Source of the DNA: Escherichia coli
GTDB lineage: Bacteria; Pseudomonadota; Gammaproteobacteria; Enterobacterales; Enterobacteriaceae
Direction: 5' to 3' (one strand)
Length of the DNA stretch: 64,000 bases
NCBI RefSeq assembly: GCF_044324875.1
Contig: NZ_CP172185.1
A program made the position numbers and the translations under genes. Within the stretch, counting starts at the first letter, position 1. Each line of letters opens with the position of its first letter. Of the stretch, positions 1 to 10,957 are shown one piece after another. The notes below the pieces were generated by a model that was not told the DNA's origin, did no database searches, and was given only the letters and a program-made list of their open reading frames with translations.

Positions 1-384
1 GGACAAAAGAAACGCGTCTTTCTGGCGAGAGCGATTGCACAGCAGGGTGATGTGATCCTGCTGGATGAACCTTTTACCGGCGTTGATGTGAAAACCGAAG
101 CCAAAATCATCAGCCTGTTGAGGGAGTTACGCGCGGAAGGCAAAACGATGCTTGTCTCAACGCACAATCTCGGATCCGTCACGACATTTTGCGATTATAC
201 GGTCATGGTCAAAGGCACCGTCCTGGCAAGCGGGCCGACAGACACCACTTTTACAGCCGAGAACCTGGAGCTGGCTTTTAGCGGCGTACTACGCCATGTC
301 ACACTTAAAGGCTCGGAAGAAAGCATTATTACTGACGATGAACGCCCCTTTGTGGCTTATCGACCATCAGCGGTGCAGAGGTAA
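1..384 (+). CDS. sitB: SitB, Mn/Fe ABC transporter ATP-binding protein (3' fragment; 5' end lies outside window)
   Basis: In-frame from base 1; translation carries ABC signature/Walker B region ([11 protein letters not shown]...TMLVSTHNL); followed by two permease genes in sitABCD order. Confidence 0.85.
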   Translation, partial: GQKKRVFLARAIAQQGDVILLDEPFTGVDVKTEAKIISLLRELRAEGKTMLVSTHNLGSVTTFCDYTVMVKGTVLASGPTDTTFTAENLELAFSGVLRHVTLKGSEESIITDDERPFVAYRPSAVQR

Positions 385-389
385 GAAAG

Positions 390-1247
390 ATGAACGTGCT
401 ACTGGAACCCTTCAGCTATGAATATATGCTCAATGCGATGTGGGTCGCGGCGATGGTCGGCGGTCTCTGCGCTTTCCTGTCATGCTATCTGATGCTAAAA
501 GGCTGGTCGCTGATTGGCGATGCGCTGTCGCACTCTATCGTCCCGGGTGTTGCGGGGGCATATATGCTGGGGCTTCCGTTTTCTCTGGGGGCCTTCTTTT
601 CCGGTGGACTGGCTGCGGGCAGCATGCTGTTTCTTAACCAACGCACTCGCTTAAAAGAAGATGCCATCATCGGCCTGATCTTCTCGTCCTTTTTTGGCCT
701 GGGGCTGTTTATGGTGTCATTAAACCCGACATCCGTAAATATTCAGACCATCGTCCTGGGCAATATTCTGGCAATCGCTCCGGCGGATATCCTGCAACTC
801 ACTATCATTGGCATTGTCTCAGTCATAGTGCTCTTTTTCAAATGGAAAGATCTTATGGTGACCTTTTTCGACGAGAATCACGCCCGTGCTATTGGATTAT
901 ATCCAGGAAGATTAAAAATCCTCTTCTTCACACTGCTGGCGGTATCGACCGTTGCAGCATTGCAAACGGTTGGGGCTTTTCTGGTGATCTGTCTGGTAGT
1001 GACCCCTGGCGCAACAGCATGGTTGTTAACCGATCGTTTTCCCCGCCTGCTCGTGATTGCTGTAACTATTGGCAGTGTAACCAGTTTCCTCGGCGCGTGG
1101 GTCAGTTACTTTCTGGACGGAGCGACAGGTGGAATCATCGTGGTGGCGCAGACACTGCTGTTTCTTTTAGCATTTGTCTTTGCACCCACCCATGGGCTTT
1201 TGGCAAATCGTCAGCGTGCGCATAAGGCGCTGGAGGATCGCTCATGA
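390..1247 (+). CDS. sitC: SitC, Mn/Fe ABC transporter permease
   Basis: 285 aa polytopic membrane protein typical of metal ABC permeases; starts 6 bp after sitB stop. Confidence 0.9.
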   Translation: MNVLLEPFSYEYMLNAMWVAAMVGGLCAFLSCYLMLKGWSLIGDALSHSIVPGVAGAYMLGLPFSLGAFFSGGLAAGSMLFLNQRTRLKEDAIIGLIFSSFFGLGLFMVSLNPTSVNIQTIVLGNILAIAPADILQLTIIGIVSVIVLFFKWKDLMVTFFDENHARAIGLYPGRLKILFFTLLAVSTVAALQTVGAFLVICLVVTPGATAWLLTDRFPRLLVIAVTIGSVTSFLGAWVSYFLDGATGGIIVVAQTLLFLLAFVFAPTHGLLANRQRAHKALEDRS

Positions 1248-2122
1248 TGGCATTATTACTGGAGCCACTGCAGTTCACCTTTATGAGTCACGCACTGCTG
1301 ATTTCACTGGTAGTTTCCATACCCTGTGCGCTGCTGTCGGTCTTTCTGGTCCTGAAAGGTTGGGCACTGATGGGAGACGCGATGAGTCATGCGGTTTTTC
1401 CTGGTATCGTGCTTGCGTGGATACTGGGTTTTCCTCTGGCGGGAGGAGCATTCGTCGCCGGAGTATTCTGCGCGGTGGCGACGGGATACCTGAAAGACAA
1501 CAGCCGAATCAAGCAAGATACAGTGATGGGGATTGTTTTTTCTGGCATGTTTGCCGCAGGTCTGATCTTGTATATTGCAGTCAAACCCGACGTACATCTT
1601 GACCATATTCTTTTCGGCGACATGCTCGGGGTAACCATCGGCGATATAATCCAGACGGTGATTATTGCCGGGCTGGTTACACTTGTTATTAGCGTAAAAT
1701 GGCGGGATTTTTTGCTGTTCAGCTTTGATTATCAACAGGCGCAGGTAAGCGGTTTGCATACGAGATGGCTGCATTATGGGCTGCTGTGCATGGTCTCTCT
1801 GACCATTGTGGCGACGCTGAAAGCGGTAGGTATCATTCTCTCCATTTCTCTGCTCATTGCGCCTGGCGCCATTGCGGTACTCCTGACGCAACGCTTTCAT
1901 ATTGCGCTCCTGCTGGCGCTCGGTATATCGGTAATGGTCTCAATGACTGGTGTATGGCTCTCCTTTTTTATAGACAGCGCACCAGCACCAACGATTGTTA
2001 TCTTATTCACGGTTGTATTCATCCTGACGTTTACCGCTTCCAGCATCAATGCTCACGCGAAGGAAAATGTCGATCCACAGGATCTCCCGACTAGTACAAC
2101 AACCAGAGAGCAACATCTGTAG
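1244..2122 (+). CDS. sitD: SitD, Mn/Fe ABC transporter permease
   Basis: 292 aa permease paralogous to the preceding ORF; 4-bp overlap with sitC. Confidence 0.9.
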   Translation: MMALLLEPLQFTFMSHALLISLVVSIPCALLSVFLVLKGWALMGDAMSHAVFPGIVLAWILGFPLAGGAFVAGVFCAVATGYLKDNSRIKQDTVMGIVFSGMFAAGLILYIAVKPDVHLDHILFGDMLGVTIGDIIQTVIIAGLVTLVISVKWRDFLLFSFDYQQAQVSGLHTRWLHYGLLCMVSLTIVATLKAVGIILSISLLIAPGAIAVLLTQRFHIALLLALGISVMVSMTGVWLSFFIDSAPAPTIVILFTVVFILTFTASSINAHAKENVDPQDLPTSTTTREQHL

Positions 2123-2469
2123 GCACATAGCAGTCATGGAGACAATCTTGTGAAGTCATAGAGTGTCGGGGGAAGGTATTGAAAGTCCCCGACCTCCGAA
2201 GAAAATATGGGCGGCATGATCAGGAAAACACCGTCAGCTCCTGTATAAAGTTATTTGTTGCCACCGTTGCCCAAATCACTCATATCAACAAACGGAATAT
2301 TCAGTTTGAATCCACATTCCATTGTGGGCGTACGAATAGCATCAAGTTTTGCTGTATTGTCAACAACGGATGAAAAGTGGCACTTCCTTGGATTTACCTC
2401 TATATTTCCAGACATCTGTTATCACTTAACCTGTTACTGTCCTTCAACTGCAGGTGATTCAGGGGGGCC

Positions 2470-3115
2470 AGTCTAACCGTTAAGAACACGTTCCCGAGAT
2501 GAGCGTTTCCGTTGTCGCTCATGTAAAACATGTTTTCCAGCTCACTTACTCTTGGTGAAGTCAGGAAACCCGGCGTTAAGGAGCAGATCGTTGAAATGGC
2601 ACATAACGGCGCAGGTGTCCGTGATACCCATGAACACTGAAAATCGGCATCAATACCGTCATACGGACATTAAAAATGTTTTCGCCCCGGCGGATAACAT
2701 CTACGCCAGTCGTTCACGCTGATGTTGCCCTTATCTTTGAAACTTGATGAGCAGTTAAATTTCGTTGGCAGCAAGGCGCAACAACACTGGTCTGCTTACA
2801 ACACTAAATTGCGGTGTGTTGGCTTATTCTTTCGGGCCACGGAATGATGAGACCTGTCGGGAACTGTTAGCCCTGTTGACTTCGTTCTATATCGGCATAG
2901 TGACCAGCAATGACAGGGGCTGCAACGTCAGAGAAGTGACGAAGGAGAAATACCTGACCGGTAAAATATTCACGCAACCTATTGAACTTAACAACCTGCC
3001 CCTCCGCACCCGCATCAAGCGGCTGGCACGTAAAACAATCTGCTTCTCGCGTTCCGTGAAAATCAACGAAAAAGTCATCGGTTCCGTCATTGAAAAGAAC
3101 ATGTTCTACTGATTG
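2470..3115 (+). mobile_element. Degenerate IS1-family element remnant
   Basis: 2765..3112 translation aligns to the C-terminal half of IS1 InsB (...RLARKTICFSRSVKINEKVIGSVIEKNMFY); upstream frame has InsA-like Cys-rich remnants broken by stops. Confidence 0.5.
2765..3112 (+). pseudogene. IS1-family InsB-like transposase, C-terminal fragment
   Basis: Motif-level similarity to IS1 InsB C-terminus; N-terminal half missing. Confidence 0.5.
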
Positions 3116-3411
3116 GAAGCACTACCACATTTTTCATAGAATACCCAAGATCTTAGCGCAGATCAGTTGAAATGTTGGCACCTATGTTACCAATACTACT
3201 CAATGGCTACTACGGCAGTAGGTTTTCGCTTACCTTTTCATACGGGCAATGAAATGAGGATATGCGATAAATTTCAGTCAAAGATACATAAAACAGGCAT
3301 AATGTTATTCAGTGGTGAGCAGTCCGTTCCGGAGACGGAATATCTTTTTAAGGCCGTATATCAGGGTTTTCCCTTGTTATGGTGGCTGAAGGCATGATGA
3401 TGGTGTTTTAA

Positions 3412-4646
3412 TTGCCAAAGGTCACCGCCATGGACGAAAGGTCCCTCTACGCTCATATTATCAACATGACCGCTCCATGGCAGGTTAAATATCTTTCTCT
3501 CGATGAAAACGCCGGTTCTGTTACCGTCACAGTTGGAATCGCTAAAAATGCCCGGTTAGCCTGTCCGACCTGCGGTAAATCCTGTTCTGTTCACGATCAC
3601 CGTCATCGTAAATGGCGTCATCTTGATATCTGCCAGTTCACCACTATTGTCGAAGCCGATGTGCCCCGCATTATGTGCCCGGAGCATGGCTGCCAGACGT
3701 TGCTAGTTCCCTGGGCTGGCCCCGGAAGGCGGTATACGCTGCTGTTCGACTCGTTCTCTCATGGCTGAAAATCAGCACTGTTGATGCTGTAAGGAAACAA
3801 CTTAAGCTCAGCTGGAATGCGGTTGACGGCATTATGACCCGGGCAGTTAAGCGAGGTCTTGCCCGGATAAAAAAGCCATTATCCGCCCGTCATATGAATG
3901 TGGATGAGGTCGCCTTTAAAAAAGGACATTGTTATATAACTGTGATCTCCGATCGCGATGGTCGTGCACTGGCCTTAACGGACGATCGTGGCACAGAGAG
4001 CCTCGCCGGCTATCTTCGCACGCTTACTGACGGGCAGTTGCTGGCTATCAAAACGCTCTCAATGGACATGAATGCAGGCTGTATAAGAGCAGCGCGTATC
4101 CACTTACCCTGTGCGGTTGAGAAAATCGCCTTCGACCGCTTCCATGTAGCAAAGCAACTTGGTGAAGTGGTTGATAAAATCCGTCAGGATGAACATCCAC
4201 ACCTCCCTGTTGAAAGTCGGCGTCAGGCAAAGGGGACCCGCTTCCTGTGGCAGTACAACGATAAATGGATGACCGAATCCAGGCAGGAAAAGCTGATATG
4301 GCTGCGTGCACAGATGAAGCTGACAAGCCTGTGCTGGGCGCTGAAAGAGCTGGCAAAGAATATCTGGAACAGGCCATGAAGTGAGGAAAGACGTAATGAG
4401 TGGGAGAGATTGCTGGCTCTGGCGGCCAACAGTGACATTACTATGATGAAAAACGCCACGAAAACGATAGGAAAAAGGCTGTATGGGATCCTGAATGCCA
4501 TGCGACACCGTGTCTCAAACGGAAACGCGGAGGCGCTTAACAGTAAGCTCAGGCTGCTGAGGATAAAAGCTAGGGGATACCGCAATCGGGAACGCTTTAA
4601 GCTGGGCGTGATGTTCCACTACGGGAAACTGAATATGGCGTTTTGA
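3412..4646 (+). pseudogene. ISL3-family transposase, split into three frames
   Basis: ORFs 3412..3768, 3675..4379, 4410..4646 together give N-terminal zinc finger (CPTCGK...CPEHGC), DDE core (MNVDEVAFKKGHCYITVISD...DRFHVAKQL) and typical C-terminus. Confidence 0.8.
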
Positions 4647-4710
4647 GCCTTCCCACCATGATCAGGGAAGGCCCTTATATCAACATACCTTTGTTTCCAA
4701 AGAATTCCTG

Positions 4711-6912
4711 TCAGAATAATACTGAGTAACTCAGACCAAAGGTGCGGCCCCTGCCTTTGTAGCCGTACAGTGAAGCAGGGCCGTAACCCGGGCTGTAGTA
4801 CAGTGGCGCACGCTGCCCCCAGACAGTGGTGTAGTCACGGTCGAAGAGGTTTTCAATGCTGAAGCTGAGTGTACCCACCGGAAGCTGATAACTGCCAAGC
4901 AAATCGACGATGGTATAGCCATCGACCTTGTAGCCCTGCGCGTCGCTCACGTCAAAGGAGGTGGTGCTCTGCACTCGCAGACTCCACGGGTCCGGTGCCC
5001 AGCCAATGTAGGCTGTCGCTTTTGATGGGCTTGCTGTCTTCACATCGTATTTCTGCCAGGTACCGTTCACTTTCGACTCAGTTTTCAGCACGTTGAAGTT
5101 CACTCCGGTACTCCAGTCAGTATCAGGAATCAGGTAGTCCACCGCACCTTCCACGCCGTAAATACGGCGTTTGTCGTCCACCACACTGATGGTCAGATCT
5201 TTATTCGCCACCACGCTCTTATCAGAAATCGAATAGTAGGCCGCGATTTGGGTGCGCAGATTATTGCCAGTAAAGCGCCAGCCCAGCTCATAAGAATCGA
5301 CTTTCACGCCTTCCAGCTTGCTGTCGCTGACGTTCACACTCTTTGTTAGAGGAAGATGGCCGTTCACTGCAGCACCATAGATGCCGCGACCATAGTATTT
5401 ACCCGGGTCCGGCAGCTCCACGCCCTGGGAGAAGTTGAGCCATGCCTGCTGGCGTTCGGTGATATGCATCAGCAGACCAGCGTTGAACAGGAAGTTGTCG
5501 TAATCGACTGAGCCGCCAGGAATGGCGTCGGCGGATGTAGCCTTCCCGGCGGCAATCTGCCGTTGCTGCGCGTAGCCGATGAAATCATCAATCTTGTTTT
5601 CAGTGTACTGATAGCGTACGCCACCGTTGAGGGTAAAGAGATTATTGATGTCATAGCCTGATTGCAGGAAGACCGCCAGGTTGGTGATGTCATACGACGG
5701 ATAGCGCCCGGTGGTGTAAATCTTCTTGTTGTTCAGCCCTCCGGAAGCGCTTGCTTGAGCCAGGTCGAAGAACATCTGGTTGGAGGTAAAGCGCTCATGA
5801 TCAGCATCCAGCCCCCAGGTGATTTGCCAGCCGTCCATCGGTTTGCTGTTCAGAGTCAGTTTCATGCCGTACTGGTCGGTGTCCTGCTGTGACGAAGAGA
5901 AAGCCGTCACCTGTTTGTTCGCATTTACCGTCGGGAACGGGTAGAATCGCAACGACTCATCGCGGTAGTAAACCTGACCGACCAGCTCCTGTCCCAGGAA
6001 AGCGCTGTCAGAGTACTGCAGGCTGATCAAATGCCGCTCAGTGCCGGGAATACGGTCGGAATTCAGCCCGTTACTGACGAAGGGCGTGCTGGTCCCTCTG
6101 ATGGCAGAGAAGCCTTTCCCGAGATTAAGCCCGTAATCGTCGTCGCCCTGGCTTTTATAGTACTGTGTGATCAACTGAAGCTGCCGGGATTCATCGATGT
6201 TCAACGTTCCAGTTCCCATGATGTCCAGCCGATCGGAGTACTGCAGGCCGGTCTGGGTGTTATCAAGCAGGGTGGCATCGCCGTTACCGTCAAACCAGCC
6301 GCCAAATTTCTGATATGCCACGGAAAGACGTCCGGAGATATGCTCATTTCCGCCGGAGACAGCTCCGGCAATGCGTTCATCGTGATCTTTACTGCTGCTA
6401 AAGCCACTTTTGGTGCCAGCCTCAAACTCCTTCATGGTTTCCGGCTGGCCTTTTTTGCTCACGATGTTGATCAGGCCACCGGTACTGCCGCCGCCATACA
6501 GGGACGTCGCACCGGAGATCACTTCAATATGGTCGATATTAAAAGGATCTATAGAGTCCAGTTGTCGGCTGTCGGTACGTGAAGAGTTGAGACGCACGCC
6601 GTCAACCAGCACGACCAGCGGGCGGCCACGCACATTCATACCGTAGTTGGTGCGGCTCCGGCTGCTGACGTCAAGGCCAGGGATCAGCTGAGCCAGTGCG
6701 TCCTTAAGCTCTTTGCCGCCCTGAATCTGCTGTTCCAGTTCGGCGTTTTCGATAACCCAGGTGGTTTGTGCCATCTCCGCTACGGTGCGATTGCTGCGGT
6801 TGGCAGACACCACGAACGTTTCATCATCGGTTTGTTGAGCGACTGCTGGCGCCATCATGGTAAGAAGCAGTGGGTTGAGAGCCCAAAGCGTATACTTTTT
6901 GCTTATCATCAT
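4711..6912 (-). CDS. iutA: IutA, TonB-dependent ferric aerobactin receptor
   Basis: 733 aa with signal peptide, TonB box region, plug and beta-barrel ending in aromatic residue (…SYSVLF); sits immediately downstream of iucD. Confidence 0.93.
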   Translation of the reverse strand: MMISKKYTLWALNPLLLTMMAPAVAQQTDDETFVVSANRSNRTVAEMAQTTWVIENAELEQQIQGGKELKDALAQLIPGLDVSSRSRTNYGMNVRGRPLVVLVDGVRLNSSRTDSRQLDSIDPFNIDHIEVISGATSLYGGGSTGGLINIVSKKGQPETMKEFEAGTKSGFSSSKDHDERIAGAVSGGNEHISGRLSVAYQKFGGWFDGNGDATLLDNTQTGLQYSDRLDIMGTGTLNIDESRQLQLITQYYKSQGDDDYGLNLGKGFSAIRGTSTPFVSNGLNSDRIPGTERHLISLQYSDSAFLGQELVGQVYYRDESLRFYPFPTVNANKQVTAFSSSQQDTDQYGMKLTLNSKPMDGWQITWGLDADHERFTSNQMFFDLAQASASGGLNNKKIYTTGRYPSYDITNLAVFLQSGYDINNLFTLNGGVRYQYTENKIDDFIGYAQQRQIAAGKATSADAIPGGSVDYDNFLFNAGLLMHITERQQAWLNFSQGVELPDPGKYYGRGIYGAAVNGHLPLTKSVNVSDSKLEGVKVDSYELGWRFTGNNLRTQIAAYYSISDKSVVANKDLTISVVDDKRRIYGVEGAVDYLIPDTDWSTGVNFNVLKTESKVNGTWQKYDVKTASPSKATAYIGWAPDPWSLRVQSTTSFDVSDAQGYKVDGYTIVDLLGSYQLPVGTLSFSIENLFDRDYTTVWGQRAPLYYSPGYGPASLYGYKGRGRTFGLSYSVLF

Positions 6913-6993
6913 TATTCCTCCACACGGGCGGAAAAAATCAGCCCAAAGATGCTGTGTAGCGAGTTAAAGAAGCAGCCTCCGGCTGCGTTTTCC

Positions 6994-8271
6994 CTAGGTG
7001 CCGCTGCGCCACTGAATCAGGGCGGGCGGCATACTGAGATCGAATAAATCACGTCCCATTACACGATTAAGAATACGTGCAGATCTCCATGCCATCAGGC
7101 TGAGCTGAGGTTCGGCGATGCCATGGGTTTGCATACTGGCGTTGACCACGAAGATGTTGTTCTCTTTCGGGCCACTCCATTCCAGAGTGAAGTCATCACG
7201 CACTTTAAAGGTGTTCTTATCGTGCATGGTGATCAGCGGCATCAGTGAGGGAAGTATTTGTGGCAACGCAGAACGGTAACCTGTGGCGAAAATCACCACA
7301 TCACTTTCCAGGCTCTCCCTGCCCTGATCCAGATGATGCTCCATCAGCAACTTCCAGCCAGGACCACTACTTTCCAGAGTTGTTACCGAGCGGCTAGGTA
7401 GCAGACGGATATTTCTTGGTTTTCTCAGAACTTCAAAACGGTGGTACAACTCACGATAAATGGTCAGTAAAGAATCGGCAGTGATGCCATCCGATGTCAT
7501 TTTCTGCTCATCCAGTAACTGATGGCGAATATCTTCCTCCAGTCCGGAGAAGCCTGAAATATATTCAGGTGTAAAATACTCATCAGCAAAAGCAGCCTCA
7601 TCCAGTGCGTTAAAATTATTCCGCCGGGAGATCCAGTTTATTTCCGCCGCTTCTCCCCATTCCCCGCGTAATGCATTAAGGAACAGGTCTGCACCACTCT
7701 GTCCTCCACCAACCACGGTTACCCGTTTTTCACTAAGGTCCGGCCGACGAAGATTCATTTCACTGGCATGGAAACAGGATTGTGTCATATGCTTCACACA
7801 GGGTGGTAAATAAGGTTGTTTTCCTGTACCAAGGCAGATATTGTGGGCAAAATATTCTCCCCGGCTGGTTTGCACCAGAAACAATCGACGTTTTTTATCG
7901 AAATCAATGTTTTCAACGGTATGACTGAAATACAGGTTATTCATATCTTCAGCAGCCCAGCGGAGGTAGTCAGAAAACTCTTCACGGGATACTGTACGTA
8001 GTCTGCTTGTAAGGAAGCGATAGAACTTTTTGTGCTTCACCAGATAGTTAACAAAGCTGTAGGGATTTGTAGGTGCAACAGCACTGACCAGATCTTTCAG
8101 AAAGACGGTCTGCATATGACAATCCGGTACCAGCATACCCGGATGCCAGGAAAAATGAGGATGTTCATCAAAGAAGAGACAGTCCAGTTCTTCGATCTGA
8201 TGTGACAACGCAGCAATGCTGAGATTAAATGGCCCTGTCCCTACACCAATAAAATCGACACTTTTTTTCAT
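6994..8271 (-). CDS. iucD: IucD, L-lysine N6-monooxygenase
   Basis: 425 aa; FAD GxGxxG motif near N-terminus (FIGVGTGPFNLS) and second dinucleotide motif (VVGGGQSGAD); position in operon. Confidence 0.93.
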   Translation of the reverse strand: MKKSVDFIGVGTGPFNLSIAALSHQIEELDCLFFDEHPHFSWHPGMLVPDCHMQTVFLKDLVSAVAPTNPYSFVNYLVKHKKFYRFLTSRLRTVSREEFSDYLRWAAEDMNNLYFSHTVENIDFDKKRRLFLVQTSRGEYFAHNICLGTGKQPYLPPCVKHMTQSCFHASEMNLRRPDLSEKRVTVVGGGQSGADLFLNALRGEWGEAAEINWISRRNNFNALDEAAFADEYFTPEYISGFSGLEEDIRHQLLDEQKMTSDGITADSLLTIYRELYHRFEVLRKPRNIRLLPSRSVTTLESSGPGWKLLMEHHLDQGRESLESDVVIFATGYRSALPQILPSLMPLITMHDKNTFKVRDDFTLEWSGPKENNIFVVNASMQTHGIAEPQLSLMAWRSARILNRVMGRDLFDLSMPPALIQWRSGT

Positions 8272-10010
8272 GATTCATATTCCTGAGTTACCAGCCACAG
8301 CGGATTTTGCAGATCCTCAAGGTAATTCGGCAGCATGCGGCTGCCGCCATCCAGATCAGGCCAGGTCAGTTTTACCGGGTTCAGCACCACGCGAATGATT
8401 TGTGGCCTGAAAAGTGAGAAAAGCGCAAAACGCTCTGACATTTGTGGATGTTTTTTCATGTAATCACTCAACACTGCTGCCAGCAGTTGATAAAATCGCC
8501 GTTCAGGTACGCCAAGACGAACCATCAGTGGCGAAATAAAACGCAGTACTGTCACGAAGTGACCCGTCTGCAAATCATGGATTAAGTAGTCCGCACTCAG
8601 GCGGGATGTAACATCACGAACCTCCTGAGGCAAAGAGTCCATTTCGGGGAACTCTTCTTTCACCAGCCGCATATCGCCCTGGAAGTCTTTCAGCAGAACA
8701 CGCTGTGGAACCCCCTTTTTCATGGCGAGCGTTATATTTTGTCCATGTGCAATAAGCGCGACACCGTAGCGGCAAAGCAGGTGATACAGAGGAACCACGA
8801 CCACCCGGAACAGTTGCGTAAGCCAGGTTTCAGCGTCCAGCCCGGAGCGGTCTATATATGCGCCTGCCAGCGGCTGATCGTTTTCGTCGCACTCCATCAG
8901 TGTTGCCATCAGAACCGGACTTTCATCCGGTTTCAGCCAGCGGCACGGATTCTCCCGCCAGATAACACCAAGCATTTCCTGGTAGCGATAGGGAGCCCGG
9001 GCAAGCGCGGCATAGCCTTCATGGGAGACATAGCCTGCAGCCGGTTCACCAAGGATCACTGCACCGCTTTGCACCAGGGTAGCGTCGGTCGCAAAAACCT
9101 GTTGTAGCCAGCGTGAAGCCAGTGGTCCGGCAGCGATGTATCTGCCAGGAATCCCCCGGTAGCATGAGGTGTTGTAGATGGTCAGCGGCAGCTTGATATC
9201 CAGCCCACCCCGGCGACTGGCGTTGGTCAGGGTACGCAGCGACTGCTGGGCGAGCCACTGGTCGCCAAACTCGCCGAGAGACACCATCCTGCCTTCGGCA
9301 AAATCAGCGATGAAGTCGGTGGCGATTTTTTGCTGCCACTGCCACGGATGTACAGGCAGCGGCAGCCAGTTATGATCCAGTCCGTTTTCCTGCCAGACCT
9401 GACTGAAGCGGGCAAACTCCTGCGGATCCATTGCGGCCGTCAACAACTGATGAATATCCATCTCGTTATCACAGCGCCAGATCATATGTTCACGTTTTAC
9501 CGCCAGCCAGTGCAGTCTAAAGGTGTTGGCATACTCTGGCGCATATCGTTCCAGCGCCTCTTTACCCCAGCCACGGCGACCTTTATTAAAAACGAATTTA
9601 GGATGACCGCTCAGCAGGCATTGCAGGCGGTCGGCACTAAGATTAATCAGGTCACTGGCGCTCAGCCCGCGACGGGCTTTCAGCAGTTGCAGGTCGCCCA
9701 GCAGCGTGGAATACAAATCCTGCATATGCTCAGCAACGGTTGCATCGCTCATTGACAGTACCTGCTTTAGCTGCATCAGCAGCGTCTGAGCCAGTACTGG
9801 CTCGTCCGCGCAGCGCAGAGTTTGAGCATCAATCCAGAGCCAGCCCCAGATACCACGTTCAGCGATGAAGCGCCATTGTGCTCCCGGCAGGTTAATGCAG
9901 TAGCGGTCATCGCCCTGAGATTCCGCGTGGAAAACCTGCTCATACTCCAGCTCAGACAACATTTTTGCCACCAAGCGGCGGTTGACCAAATCCCAGTCTT
10001 TGTGATTCAT
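8268..10010 (-). CDS. iucC: IucC, aerobactin synthase (IucA/IucC family)
   Basis: 580 aa NRPS-independent siderophore synthetase; 4-bp overlap with iucD. Confidence 0.93.
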   Translation of the reverse strand: MNHKDWDLVNRRLVAKMLSELEYEQVFHAESQGDDRYCINLPGAQWRFIAERGIWGWLWIDAQTLRCADEPVLAQTLLMQLKQVLSMSDATVAEHMQDLYSTLLGDLQLLKARRGLSASDLINLSADRLQCLLSGHPKFVFNKGRRGWGKEALERYAPEYANTFRLHWLAVKREHMIWRCDNEMDIHQLLTAAMDPQEFARFSQVWQENGLDHNWLPLPVHPWQWQQKIATDFIADFAEGRMVSLGEFGDQWLAQQSLRTLTNASRRGGLDIKLPLTIYNTSCYRGIPGRYIAAGPLASRWLQQVFATDATLVQSGAVILGEPAAGYVSHEGYAALARAPYRYQEMLGVIWRENPCRWLKPDESPVLMATLMECDENDQPLAGAYIDRSGLDAETWLTQLFRVVVVPLYHLLCRYGVALIAHGQNITLAMKKGVPQRVLLKDFQGDMRLVKEEFPEMDSLPQEVRDVTSRLSADYLIHDLQTGHFVTVLRFISPLMVRLGVPERRFYQLLAAVLSDYMKKHPQMSERFALFSLFRPQIIRVVLNPVKLTWPDLDGGSRMLPNYLEDLQNPLWLVTQEYES

Positions 10011-10957
10011 TACAGACCGACCTCCGTGAAGAAGTGATGACGATCCGCCATCACCATGCGCGAGCGTTTATGTGGGAAGTCGAACTCTTTAATTGTCCGG
10101 TATCCCGCAGGCTCAAGATGGCGGAACAGGCGCTGGTTATCGGTGCGTGGCTCCAGTACTGTGCGCTGCGTACGTGGCTCATTCAGCAGCAGGTAATGTG
10201 TCACCCCGCGCAGCCAGCTTTGCACATAGTGGGCTCCGCGCCATTGCTGTTCACCAACCAGCAGATGCAGGCCACGGTCAAAGGGCTGCCACGAATAGTG
10301 GCGACCAATGCGGTCTTCCGCCGCCCAGTAGATTTCGAAATAACTGAACGGCCGATCGTCGAAACAACCAATCAGCGGGAATGCATGTTTACTGGTGAGC
10401 TGGCGTTCCAGATAGGCGATCTGTACCTCCAGTGAGCCACTTTGCTCCCAGAAATACTCAACGCGCGGATCGTTCATCCAGCGAGTGAAACGTTCTGCAT
10501 CAGAAACGGGATCGGCAATGCGGAAACTCAGCATCCTGCGAATGCGTGGATCGTAACGACGATAAACTTCACCCTGCGGACGGGGGGGGCGCTGCGGGAA
10601 ATAAATCTCACGCTCTGCATCAAAAACCATTTCACCGGAGGCCCGGTTTGCCGGAGAACTCAGCCATAACGGTAACTGCCAGAAAGCGGAACGATGGATA
10701 ATGTCGCTTTGTACCTGTCCGAAAAGCGTCAGCGCCTGTGGCTCCTCACACCATTCGGACCAGGGAAGAACCACTGCTGAAAGTTGTGGTGCGGCGATAA
10801 ATATCTGATCCAGCGCGTCGCACAGCCATCCTGTTGGCAGCTCCCCGGGCCAGTGCAACACCGCGCTATTGTCCAGCCCCCAGCCAAGATTCAGAGGCTT
10901 GTCGAGTTTTTCACAGCGCAGTCCATATCCGCTGTGAACAATGTTTGCCCCAGACAT
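10010..10957 (-). CDS. iucB: IucB, N6-hydroxylysine O-acetyltransferase
   Basis: 315 aa acetyltransferase between iucA and iucC. Confidence 0.92.
   Translation of the reverse strand: MSGANIVHSGYGLRCEKLDKPLNLGWGLDNSAVLHWPGELPTGWLCDALDQIFIAAPQLSAVVLPWSEWCEEPQALTLFGQVQSDIIHRSAFWQLPLWLSSPANRASGEMVFDAEREIYFPQRPPRPQGEVYRRYDPRIRRMLSFRIADPVSDAERFTRWMNDPRVEYFWEQSGSLEVQIAYLERQLTSKHAFPLIGCFDDRPFSYFEIYWAAEDRIGRHYSWQPFDRGLHLLVGEQQWRGAHYVQSWLRGVTHYLLLNEPRTQRTVLEPRTDNQRLFRHLEPAGYRTIKEFDFPHKRSRMVMADRHHFFTEVGL

Noticed and set aside
4648-4671. Hairpin ccttccc-N10-gggaagg downstream of iutA as its terminator
   Set aside because: No U-run follows on the iutA strand; too weak to call.
6031-6582. 183-aa plus-strand ORF inside iutA
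   Set aside because: Antisense to iutA; spurious.
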